The translations under genes and the position numbers were made by a program. Positions 9,133-18,421 of a DNA stretch of 32,000 nt are shown piece after piece. The stretch covers positions 2,430,001 through 2,462,000 of the forward strand of contig NC_002677.1 in NCBI RefSeq assembly GCF_000195855.1, written 5' to 3'. The stretch comes from Mycobacterium leprae TN (GTDB taxonomy: Bacteria; Actinomycetota; Actinomycetes; Mycobacteriales; Mycobacteriaceae). Positions within the stretch are counted from its first letter, which is position 1; the number at the start of each line of letters is the position of its first letter. The notes below the pieces were generated by a model. The model made no database searches, was not told where the DNA came from, and was given only the letters and a program-made list of their open reading frames with translations.

Positions 9133-10135
9133 TTGGACAACAGATATGGAGCAGCGACCATAGCCAACTCGATCACATTCGTCATTGTTGGCAGAGGACT
9201 TGCTGGAGGCAAAGCAGTAAAAACGTTGCACGACAGTGACTTTAACGGTAAGTCACTGCGCTCACCGAGGAGCAACAGCTGCCCTACGAGCGATCTCCGC
9301 CATAACAAAAAGCATCCGGCCGGCAAAAAGTCACCAAGCAGCTTCACCGTCCAGACGGTCTATCGGTACCGCTAACACGATGTCAACCCGAGAATCGGCG
9401 CACGAGTATTGTCGTCAGATCATGCCACATACCACCGTCGGGCTATCCGACGGAGCTGCGGTGCAGGACGACAAGCTGTTGTTGGCAACCAGATCGGCGT
9501 CGCGGCACCCAGCTATACCTGTATCCGACGCGGCCGGAGTCCACTATCTACACACCTAAATAAAGATGCTTAGTCGATGAATTCTGTTCTTTTCGAAGGG
9601 TATTCTCTCGCTGTGCTGGGAACAACTAAGTAGGTAGATTGTGTTGTGAAATGGCTGCCGCCGTCCTGCAGCGCGGGGTCAACGTCACTGTCGTCAAAAC
9701 AGCCAAACAATCACTGGTGGCTGCGCTCGACACAAAACCGTAGGTGAAATGTTCGCCGCCCTGCATCGCGATCGCGGAGTGAATCTACAGTTACAGACGC
9801 AGGTCGAGGAAATCACCAGGGCCGACGGAGCGGATGACAAAGCCACTGGGGTCAAGATGCGCGACAGATCCACGGTTGCCGCAGATGCGGTGCTGGTGGC
9901 CGTCGGCACCAAACCGAACATCGAACTCGTCGAACAAGCCAGGCTATCAATAGATAGCGATGGCGTGTGCTCGTCGACGCATCCGCTACGTACCAACGAT
10001 CCTGACGTCTACGCGGTCGGTTATCTCACTTCTGCCGAACACCCGCTGTTTACCATCCGGATACGCACCGGGCACTGGGCCAATGTGCTCAACCAACCCG
10101 CGGCGGCCGGAAGGCGCTTGGAAGTCTCAACGCCG
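9133..10135 (+). pseudogene. FAD-dependent ferredoxin/rubredoxin reductase pseudogene (Rv1869c-like)
   Basis: Recognisable pieces include ITFVIVGRGLAGGKAVKTLHDSDF, LPYERSP, DKLLLATRSASR, AAGVHYLHT, FAALHRDRGVNLQLQTQVEEI, VLVAVGTKPNIEL and HWANVLNQPAAAG. They are interrupted by many stops and frameshifts, and the C-terminus is lost. Confidence 0.7.
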
Positions 10136-10139
10136 CTGA

Positions 10140-10440
10140 TACTGTGTCGCAAGTTTCAAGGATGCCTGAATTTGAGCCAGTGGATCAAGACCTTCACCCA
10201 AGCGGGGAAACCTGGTGCCTACGTACGGGTGATATCGTCCGCAACAGTGCGCGTCGGCGACATGATCACGATCGATTACCCACCCACTCCGACCCACTCC
10301 GATAACAAGGTGACCGTCGAACTCGTCTTGCGCGTCATTACGACTAAAGTTGACACCCACCCGCTAATGTCGCATCTCGGCGCTGCACCAGTTCCGGAAC
10401 CAGGTCGCCGTCATCGTGGGTGCTGGTGCAGGTGCCAACG
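10140..10440 (+). pseudogene. MOSC-domain C-terminal fragment
   Basis: WIKTFTQAGKPGAYVRVISSATVRVGDMITI resembles the MOSC/YiiM C-terminal motif (GRPGAYLRVxxPGxVxxGD). It has no N-terminal part and is fused in frame to the reductase remnant, which suggests a deletion junction. Confidence 0.4.
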
Positions 10441-10469
10441 AACCTGATCGCGCACTTAACCACGACATA

Positions 10470-11090
10470 GGCAAGCATCACTACCATCCCTATTGGCGCG
10501 TTCGTACTGGTGACGTCGGTGCCCTGCAATGGTTTCAACTGGGCTGAATTGGGTCTTGCCCGGGAAAACTGGAAGTCCAGCGTAAATTATACGCTGGCCG
10601 CCGTGGTGATCATGGCGTTAATAGCTTTCCGTCGGTGTCCTGTTCCCGATGATTCGGCTGACGTTCATGAACAATCATTACGCTCGGATCTCTGAGATAT
10701 CCGGCACGCTGACCGCCTCGATGGTCTTCATTACACTGCAAACCGTGATCCCTGAAAAGCTGGCCCCTCGAGGTGTATGTACTGCACGGCACGTTGAACC
10801 GGGCCTGGGGATTCCGTAGCGTTATGGTTGCAACCTCACTGCCGTTTGATCTTTGCCATGTCACGACATACGTTGGAGTTGACGAACAGCAATATAGACT
10901 TTACTCGGCTACGGGATCGTCCTAATGTTCGCCGGGGTAACACTGGCAATGCCGGCTACCGGCTTAGCAGGGTTCCTCTTCAGCTGGCTGCGCCGACGTA
11001 GCGATAGCCTCTTGAGCCGATAGCGCTATATGGGTCACTGAACGAATTGGGTGACCTAGTAGCTGCGTTGGTCTGGCATCTATCGACTTG
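10470..11090 (+). pseudogene. CPBP-family (CAAX-type) intramembrane protease pseudogene
   Basis: Fragments include WAELGLARENWKSS, LAAVVIMALIAF, FLFSWLRRRSDSLL and a family-typical C-terminal end broken by several stops. The pieces lie in different frames. Confidence 0.45.
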
Positions 11091-11096
11091 ACTCGG

Positions 11097-12131
11097 TTAC
11101 GCCAGCAGCACAGCAGCGCCTGAGATGCGGCCGACGCTGAGATCGGTCAGCGCCTGATCGGCTTGCTCAAGCGGATATTCCGGCGTGGTGACCGCGATGT
11201 GATGCTGGGCCGCGAAGTCGAGGAACGCACGGGCATCAGCCCTAGTGTTCGATGTCACCGACCGAATCTGACGCTCTTGAAACAAGTGTCGCTGGTAGTT
11301 CAGCTGCGGAATATCGGAAAGATGAATCCCTGCGATCGCCAGGGTGCCGCCGCGGTTCAGCGCCTCGCACGCGGGCAGCACTAGATCACCAACCGGCGCG
11401 AACACGATCGCGGCATCCAGCGGTACCGGCGGCAGATCAGCGACGCCTTGAGCCGACGCAGCGCCGAGTTCTAACGCCAGCTCCTGCGCCCGGGCTCCGC
11501 GGGTCATAACATGCACCTCTGCGCCTTGCACCAAGGCAACCTGTGCTGCGATGTGAGCGCTGCCCCCAAAGCCGTAGATACCTAACCGGCCGCCCGGCGG
11601 TAACTCGGATCGCAGCAACGATCGGTACCCGATGATGCCGGCACACAACAACGGCGCAAGCTCGCAGTCACTATAGCCGCTCGGTAGGTGATGTGCGAAA
11701 GCCGCAGGAACAGTAGTAAATTCGGCGTATCCACCGTCGACATCCCAGCCGGTATAGCGGGACTGCACACACAGGTTCTCGGTACCGCTACGGCAATAGT
11801 TGCACACGCCGCAGGTGTAGCGCAACCAGGCTATGCCTACCCGGTCCCCCACATCGAACCCAGCGGCCGCATCCACGTCCGATCCCACCCCCAAGACCTC
11901 CCCCACTACCTCGTGGCCGGGAGTCACGTGCTCGCGGTGCACGGGGAGGTCACCCTCAGCGACATGCAGATCGGTACGACATACCCCACACGCACGTACA
12001 GCAACCAGAAGTTCAGACGGTTCGGGACACGGCACCTCGGTGGTAACCCACTCGAGCGGGCTGGTTTGTATCGGGCCGGGCCGACGCACCCGCCACGCAT
12101 GCATCATCCTGGTCACTTTCGAGGCCATCAC
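11097..12131 (-). CDS. adhA: Zinc-dependent alcohol dehydrogenase, about 343 aa
   Basis: It has [18 protein letters not shown], the structural-zinc cluster [15 protein letters not shown] and the Rossmann motif GFGGSAH. The start is ambiguous (GTG 12131, ATG 12128, or the ATG pair about 24 nt downstream). Confidence 0.85.
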   Translation of the reverse strand: MMASKVTRMMHAWRVRRPGPIQTSPLEWVTTEVPCPEPSELLVAVRACGVCRTDLHVAEGDLPVHREHVTPGHEVVGEVLGVGSDVDAAAGFDVGDRVGIAWLRYTCGVCNYCRSGTENLCVQSRYTGWDVDGGYAEFTTVPAAFAHHLPSGYSDCELAPLLCAGIIGYRSLLRSELPPGGRLGIYGFGGSAHIAAQVALVQGAEVHVMTRGARAQELALELGAASAQGVADLPPVPLDAAIVFAPVGDLVLPACEALNRGGTLAIAGIHLSDIPQLNYQRHLFQERQIRSVTSNTRADARAFLDFAAQHHIAVTTPEYPLEQADQALTDLSVGRISGAAVLLA

Positions 12132-12181
12132 GCCATCATGTCGTGATCCGCCGGCGACCAGTTGAAGTCATCACAGCCAAG

Positions 12182-12481
12182 TTAGGTCTTTCGTACCCTG
12201 CCGACAACCCAAAGCAGGATCACCGAGCCTAGGATCGAAGTGAACAAAGTGAACCACCAACCGCCGGCAGCGGTGTTAACGAAGAAGCTCAGTAAAAAGC
12301 CGCCGATCAACGCGCCTACAACACCGATAACGATGTTCATCAAGATGCCCGATCCGCCGCCTTGAACGATTTTGCCTGCGATCCAGCCCGCTATACCACC
12401 GATAATGATGTAACCAATCCAGCCAACACTAGTCAACGTCGTTGAGCGGGCGAGGTACTCGGTAGCTGCCATGACGTCCAT
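12182..12481 (-). CDS. GlsB/YeaQ/YmgE-family small transmembrane protein, 99 aa
   Basis: GWIGYIIIGGIAGWIAGKIV...GILMNIVIGVVGALIGGFL is the family hallmark. AAGGAG sits 7 nt upstream of the ATG at 12481. Confidence 0.8.
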   Translation of the reverse strand: MDVMAATEYLARSTTLTSVGWIGYIIIGGIAGWIAGKIVQGGGSGILMNIVIGVVGALIGGFLLSFFVNTAAGGWWFTLFTSILGSVILLWVVGRVRKT

Positions 12482-12640
12482 GTGTAATCTCCTTGCACTC
12501 GATGGCATAGCTCAGCGCAGATGCGGGGCTGTAATGTGGGTATACACCGATGAGTGCCTATTGTCGACAGTGGTTTGCTCTGCGGGCGGCGGGTCAAGGA
12601 AACACGGTCCGCAGTGGCAGCGGAGTGGATGTCGGATGGC

Positions 12641-13504
12641 CTATCCAACAGGTGCCGGAGCGGAAACCGACGCCGGGATCGGAGCCATCTCTGACCGGAT
12701 AGACTCAGCCAGCTCTTTGGCTGCGCCCTTGTCCACCGGGTTATTCGAGGTTCCGAGCCATACCACAAACCAACGCTGCGAGGGCCCCACGTCAGGGGTA
12801 CTCGCCGCTGGCGAGCCGACTACGCTCGTACATATTTGGCCAATTGGCTTATTGGGATCGCTGAATTTGACCTCGTAGTAGGAGGCGCTTCCAGCTATCC
12901 CGTTGGCGTGGAGCGGAATGGTTTCTTGGTTGATCCGCGTACCGGGGTATGGCAGGTAGAACTCACCCATATCCGAGCCCAGTCGGACCGCGGCCTTAAT
13001 GTTGTCGGCTTCGGCACTGGCGTAGAGCTTTTGGTCCAGCCGGCCGAGCACTATACGGGTGTCGGTAGCGACCACCGTCGGCTGACCAAGCACGGGCGGC
13101 TGCTCGATGGCTTTGCTGAGCAGCACCGAACCGTAGTCAAGATGTGAAGCCTCTGACTCCACCCAACCGGCAGGAAGGACGAAGCTAAATCCACCGACAG
13201 CGTTGGTGATTCGGCCGGCGTTGGGATCGACTGCAAGTGGGTATGGTGCATTCGGATCGAGCGACGGCGCATTGGGATCACCCGGTTGGGCTTCGGACGA
13301 GACAGGGGCGCCTGGAAGGGGTGTAATGATCTCCTGCGCAGGTGAGGGAGCTGCCGTAGCCGTCGATGGCGGCAGGGGCGCGGGATCGGCGTTGGCGGCC
13401 GCAGGCAACGGCATCGTAAAGGCACTGGCGCTGGCCACCACGGCAATCGCCAGTATCGCCCACAATCCTTTGCGATGTGTCGAGTCCAGGTCAACCTGAT
13501 TCAT
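12641..13504 (-). CDS. apa: Alanine/proline-rich secreted antigen Apa (45/47-kDa, fibronectin-attachment protein), 287 aa
   Basis: The signal peptide ends in AAANA|DP, followed by a Pro-rich region. The core [28 protein letters not shown]...[26 protein letters not shown] is colinear with M. tuberculosis Apa (Rv1860) as recalled. Confidence 0.93.
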   Translation of the reverse strand: MNQVDLDSTHRKGLWAILAIAVVASASAFTMPLPAAANADPAPLPPSTATAAPSPAQEIITPLPGAPVSSEAQPGDPNAPSLDPNAPYPLAVDPNAGRITNAVGGFSFVLPAGWVESEASHLDYGSVLLSKAIEQPPVLGQPTVVATDTRIVLGRLDQKLYASAEADNIKAAVRLGSDMGEFYLPYPGTRINQETIPLHANGIAGSASYYEVKFSDPNKPIGQICTSVVGSPAASTPDVGPSQRWFVVWLGTSNNPVDKGAAKELAESIRSEMAPIPASVSAPAPVG

Positions 13505-13598
13505 GGCGACGAACCTACCGTGTTACTACTGCGACGCAAGGACGGCTTGCTTATGTGCGGTGGGGGTTTTCCGGTTTGCCAGTTCGAGACGTGCCGGT

Positions 13599-14715
13599 TC
13601 ACGATTGGACGCATCGCTGCAGCGCCGAGTACAACGCCACTTTATGAGCTTTGACATTGACCCACACACGCTCTTCGGGCATCAGCCGTAACTCCCGTGT
13701 TGGCGTCGACGATGATTTCCGCGGCCAGGCTAAGAGCCCCATAAGGTTGCTTCGGACCGCGAACCAAGGACAAGCGAGTCCCCCTCCCCCCGCCCCGAGG
13801 TATCTAATGCCACCACAGTAAGTTCGACGGTAGTGCGTGGGCTGTCCATGCGACGAATCGCACTGAACGGCAACCGCGGTAGGCGCGAACACAGCGGCTG
13901 CGAACCGTCGGTACCGACGGTTCCATTGACCAGTTTGACGCCTGCGATCCAGGCGCCGCAATGATTGCACGACGCACCAAGCAGATCGGCGACCTTCCCG
14001 ATCGCGGAAATCCTGCCGGACTCAAGTACTAGCATTCAGATCGGCCATGGTGACCACATACAACAGCTGGTGGGTTACCAGGATGATGGCGCAGCCGCTT
14101 CGGGGTTAGCCGGGCTGCGCAACACCGGGCGGATAGCAGTGGCCACGGCCACATCAAGCCTAGTTAGCGGCTCGTCGAGGAGTAGAACCTCCGGTTGGGC
14201 AGCCAATGCGCGTACAATAACGACCCACTGCGTTTGACCACATGACAGTTGCCATGGTTTGCGGTCGGCGCCCTGCTCAGCTGTTCACCTGGAGCAGCCA
14301 ACCCTAGCGCCTTACCCCGATAGATATATGCCTTACCCCGATAGATATATAGAGCCTTGTCCTGGACGCCGACGGTCCGTAGCATGCTTAACATCTTGTT
14401 ATGGCTGCGCGGTCCGAAAGCCACGTTGGCCGTGACAGTCATGAATGTGCGTTAACAGCAACGGATACTGCAAAAGCAACCCGGCCCGACGATCATGCGT
14501 TGCCACATTCACCCCGGCTGCAGTGTCGGTCAACACGCGGTCCCCCAAGCGCACCAGACCCACTACGGGGCAAACAGGCCGGCGATAACTTGCAGGGCGG
14601 TGGACTTGCCCGCACCTTTGGCTCCAAGTACGGCAAGCACCTCGCCCGGAACTACCGAGAACTCGACATTCAGATGGCAGTCTGTCACGACCGGCGGAAG
14701 CTGTAACTCGCTCAC
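13599..14715 (-). pseudogene. modC: Molybdate ABC transporter ATPase modC pseudogene
   Basis: It begins VSELQLPPVVTDCHLNVEFSVVPGEVLAVLGAKGAGKSTAL (Walker A). Later pieces include TANVAFGPRS, LVLESGRISAIGKVADLL and VWVNVKAHKVALY. These are spread over several frames with stops. Confidence 0.8.
14309..14350. repeat. Perfect tandem duplication, 21 bp x 2 (GCCTTACCCCGATAGATATAT)
   Basis: Copies at 14309-14329 and 14330-14350 are identical, and GCCTT recurs again at 14354. The repeat lies inside the modC pseudogene and shows up in the ORF track as YIYRGKAYIYRGKA. Confidence 0.9.
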
Positions 14716-14720
14716 AGTGG

Positions 14721-15531
14721 CTACCTCGTATCGGCCAAGGTCATTCCGCGAACAACCAAGCCCAGGACCACCAGCGCTGCCCCTACCACAAGCAGGATCG
14801 ACAGTGCCACAGCCGGGTCCGCGTCGGTCACCCGCTGTAGTTAGATTTCGAGCGGCGGCGTGCGAGTGACTCCTTGCCGGGAGCCGGCAAGGAGTTCAGT
14901 GTCGCGCCAAACTCCCCCAGCGAAAGGGCAAATGCCATTACTGCCCCGACGCCATCCCAGACAGTAGCGACAACGTGACCCACCACCAGACGGTGTTGGG
15001 TCGCGCCCCGCGCATAACCGCCACCACATTCATATTCATAAGCGACCACATTCATATTCATAAGCGGCTCCAACGATACGGGCAACATCTCCGTGGGAGA
15101 TCCCCAGAAACGACAACGAAATGAAAGTGTGCGCCATCACCACAGCAGTCTTGTTGAACGCTATGCTAATGTCGGAGGCTTGCAAACAACGCCCGATCAA
15201 TCCGAGTCGGCCGAATGCATTAGAGCAACGCAATGCCACTAACCACGGGGGCAACACCAGCGGCAGCAGAATCAGCAGTCGCAGCAACCGCACAAGCCGT
15301 GCCGCGCAGCGAGCCAGTATCAGCTATGGTCACCCGAGCAGCACACACAGCACGGTGCTCGTGACAACGGTCTCCAGGCTCAGCAACAGTGCCGTCTTCG
15401 ATAAAAAGCTGGTGATCAACGACCAGAAATTCTGGCTAGTCCACCTCGATCGCTATCGCCAACAGGAGCAATGCCACAAAGACGGTCCCCGCTGCGGCGG
15501 GGACATATGTACCACGGGAACATCGGTGCAC
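14721..15531 (-). pseudogene. modB: Molybdate ABC transporter permease modB pseudogene
   Basis: Recognisable pieces are LLRLLILLPLVLPP, FGRLGLIGR, ISIAFNKTAVVMAHTF, FALSLGEFGATL and GVTRTPPLEI. The reading is broken by in-frame stops and frame changes. Confidence 0.8.
15023..15066. repeat. Perfect tandem duplication, 22 bp x 2 (ACCACATTCATATTCATAAGCG)
   Basis: Copies at 15023-15044 and 15045-15066 are identical. The repeat lies inside the modB pseudogene. The unit is not a multiple of 3, so the duplication shifts the frame (AYEYECG appears in two different ORF-track frames). Confidence 0.9.
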
Positions 15532-15539
15532 TTTGGTCG

Positions 15540-16337
15540 TCAAAGTTTGACTAAGCCCGACTGGGCCAGAATTTGCTGACCTGCCTCACCCATGAACATC
15601 GCCTGGAGACTTCTGCACCAGCGTGGGTAAAGGCACCTTCTTGAGCACCGCAATGGAGTAAACATTCACTGCAACGGCAACCTCCAGGAAAGTTGATGGT
15701 GGTCCCCTTGCCTGCGACACTGCGCGCGTCGGTACCATAGACTAACGGGACGTCGGTCTGTCCGGTGGTGAATCTTGTTAAGGGCATCGGTCACGCTTGG
15801 GTTCTTCACCGACTGATTAGTTAAGTGCACGCCGATGACGTCTTCGATGCACTGGGTCGATGACCCACATGGCACTGGCTGCCGACCACACCACCACGCT
15901 GAACTACGGCTTAGCCAGGTTCGGCGAAGGATCCCGATCTTTTCGGATTGCCCACCACAGTCACGATGACCAACGTGTTCGAGGTAAAGGTTTGTCGATG
16001 TGCTAACCAATAATCGGACCTTGGCGACAGTGTCCATCTGCGTGGTGTCCGCGCGTTCGCGCCTTGGGGCAACTGGGTCGAAAGCTCCTAGCAACCCGCG
16101 AACTCGACGTCGACGCTGACACCCGGATTGTCTGCTTTGAACTGGCTGCTGATCTGCGTAAACGCAGACTCGAGCAGAGCCGCGGCGAACACCACAAACT
16201 ACCTGGAAATTTGGGGTAGCTGGGATGGTGACGACGAGTGCGAGTTCGAACTGCACGCCGCTGTTCCAGCTAGCAATCCACCCAGCAGCATCGTCGATAC
16301 CAAACCGGCGAGCACCCCGAAGCGGGCTAGGGTTCAC
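15540..16337 (-). pseudogene. modA: Molybdate-binding lipoprotein modA pseudogene
   Basis: ADTTQMDTVAK, VPCGSSTQCIEDVIGVHL, SVTDALNKI and the C-terminal ILAQSGLVKL are recognisable but lie in different frames. The 223-codon open stretch has no lipoprotein signal peptide. Confidence 0.7.
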
Positions 16338-16555
16338 CCAACTTGTGTAGGGCTTCCGGTGATTCGGAATTTCGCTCAGTAGCTCCAGTGGTTACTGTTT
16401 AGTAACATTTAAGCGAGATGGACGCCACAACACGCTGAGATACTCGGCAACGATCCGATGCCACTATCCTAGAGCCAAGTTCGCCGCGCCGAGTGCAAAG
16501 TATAGGTGCCGTTAACCTGCCAGGGTCTGCGTTCAGCGGTGAACACGAGGAGGTC

Positions 16556-17230
16556 ATGGCAGTGGATGTGCTGGTTACTGGGGGCAACACCGATCTGGGG
16601 CGCACAATCGCTGAAGGTTTTCGCAACGACGGTCACAAGGTGACCCTCGTGGGTCCGCGCCGAGCCGACCTCGAGGTCGTCGCCAAGGAGCTAGACGTGG
16701 ACACTATTGTCTGCAACACTACCGATCCAGCCAGCCTCGATGAAGCCCGCGGATTGTTCCCCCGTCACCTAAACACCATCGTCAATGTTCCGACGCTGGG
16801 CTTTGATACCGGAGACCCACGCACTTTCTCACTATCCGATACAGCCAATGCCTGGCACAATGAGCTGGACGCGACGGTGCTCTCGGCGGTGCTGACGGTA
16901 CAGTCCGTTGGTGATCATCTGCGCTCCGGCGGTTCGATCATCGGCGTGCTGGCGGAAAACCCGCCAGCGGGCAGTGTCGACGCAGCCATCAAAGCCGCAC
17001 TGTCGAGTTGGGTGGCCGGCCAGGCGGGCGTTTTCGGCACTCGTGGCATCACGGTCAATGCCATCGCCTGTGGACGTAGCGTTCAAGCCGGATATGAAGG
17101 CCTTTCACGCATGCCTCCGCACGTCGCAACGGAAATCACCCGGTTAGCGTTGTTCCTCACTACCCCGGCGTCTCGCCACATCACCGGCCAGACGCTGCAC
17201 GTTAGCCACGGCGCGCTAACTCATTTTTAA
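16556..17230 (+). CDS. Short-chain dehydrogenase/reductase family oxidoreductase, 224 aa
   Basis: VLVTGGNTDLGRTIAEGF is the Rossmann motif, and the C-terminus is ITGQTLHVSHG. GAGGAGG lies immediately upstream of the ATG at 16556. The length matches Rv1856c as recalled. Confidence 0.8.
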   Translation: MAVDVLVTGGNTDLGRTIAEGFRNDGHKVTLVGPRRADLEVVAKELDVDTIVCNTTDPASLDEARGLFPRHLNTIVNVPTLGFDTGDPRTFSLSDTANAWHNELDATVLSAVLTVQSVGDHLRSGGSIIGVLAENPPAGSVDAAIKAALSSWVAGQAGVFGTRGITVNAIACGRSVQAGYEGLSRMPPHVATEITRLALFLTTPASRHITGQTLHVSHGALTHF

Positions 17231-17329
17231 CTGAAAAACTCTGTGAGCTTAGTTAAAACGGTTAGCCCATAGCCACAGGATACACTGTGGCTATTCGCTT
17301 GGTCTGCAGATCCCCACTTTGAACTGCTA

Positions 17330-18191
17330 CCCGGGGGAGAAAGTTTTTACGACGGTCATCGCCCAAGCACACGATGCCGAGCCGGCTGGATTCGACTTGA
17401 CTTTAGTCAAGTCATGGGCCAAATTCTACCAACTACCCAATGTTAGGCTCACCCACCCAACCAATGTTCGAGGCCTAACACCACCCTCAACACCTTCAGC
17501 GCGCTGGCTATTATCTGCCAAACGCGTGCAAGCTGGGCGCTTTGGTAGCCGGCAACACCTAACTGCAAGGCAATCCCTGCTGACCAACGTCATCACCACA
17601 CTAACACTGGATTTGGTCAGCAGAGCCGGGCGATTTTAGGCATCGGCACCGACTAGTTCGAGCTCGAGCATGATCAACTTCGGCCTCGAATTCAGCACCC
17701 TCGCCGATAAATTCAACCGGCTCGACGAAGTGTTACAGATTCATCTTATTCATCCTGCCAATAATCAAGAACGATCCACCCGGCTTCTCGGGCAACTGCT
17801 ACCACAACCAATGAGGTGCTGGCCAATCCCCCCCTTCCGCGACCACATTCCGCTGATGGTCGGCGGCAGCGGTGAGAAGAAAACGATCCCGCTTGCCGCA
17901 CGACACTTCAACGTTATCGCCGGGTTCGACGCACTACAAGGCAAGGCAAGGTGCAAATGATGCGGCGGCAGTGTGAGGAAAATCGGCCACAATCCGGTGA
18001 CGCTGGAAATCAACACGCTGATCACAGCCATTATTGGCAAAAACATGAAAGTCGACCAAATCCCCTCCGAGATGACTCAACGAATGGAGATAGGCAACAC
18101 CGAGCCTATCGCCTACCCGATCCAGGCCAAGGTCCTCGACGCGGGAATCGAAAGTCTGAAGTATCAATATGCCCAGCTACACGCCGGGTAG
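17330..18191 (+). pseudogene. Luciferase-like (LLM class, F420-type) oxidoreductase pseudogene
   Basis: Pieces include AGFDLTLV...FYQLP, ITTLTLDLVSRAGRF, GLEFSTLADKFNRLDEVLQI, HIPLMVGGSGEKKTIPLAARHFNVIAGF and TLEINTLITAIIGKNMKVDQIPSEM. They lie in three frames with stops. Confidence 0.7.
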
Positions 18192-18421
18192 CATCAACAA
18201 AGCTGGCAAAGCGCTGCATACGCTAGTCGGCCTGCCGCGGGGGTGCCGCATCGGCGCGGCCATCAAGCTTGTCACGTCACCGTGACCACAGGTAGCTTAC
18301 TCTGCCGGTGTGGCTAATTGCACACACTCCCACCTGAGATTCTGGAGAGCAGCTTGACTACCTTAGTACTTAGTAGCTAACTGCAGTCACCATCACGGAG
18401 TCCCGTCAGGAGCAGCGGAAC

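Noticed and set aside
13780-13796. C5-T-C6-G-C4 tract (G-rich on the minus strand) as a G-quadruplex or phase-variation site
   Set aside because: There are only three G runs, and they cannot be partitioned into four runs of three with loops. The tract lies inside the dead modC gene, so slippage would have no phenotypic consequence.
15666-16337. 223-codon open frame that could be read as an intact modA
   Set aside because: Similarity to ModA switches between frames along its length. The N-terminus has no lipoprotein signal peptide or lipobox, and the true C-terminal end (ILAQSGLVKL, stop 15540-15542) is in another frame.
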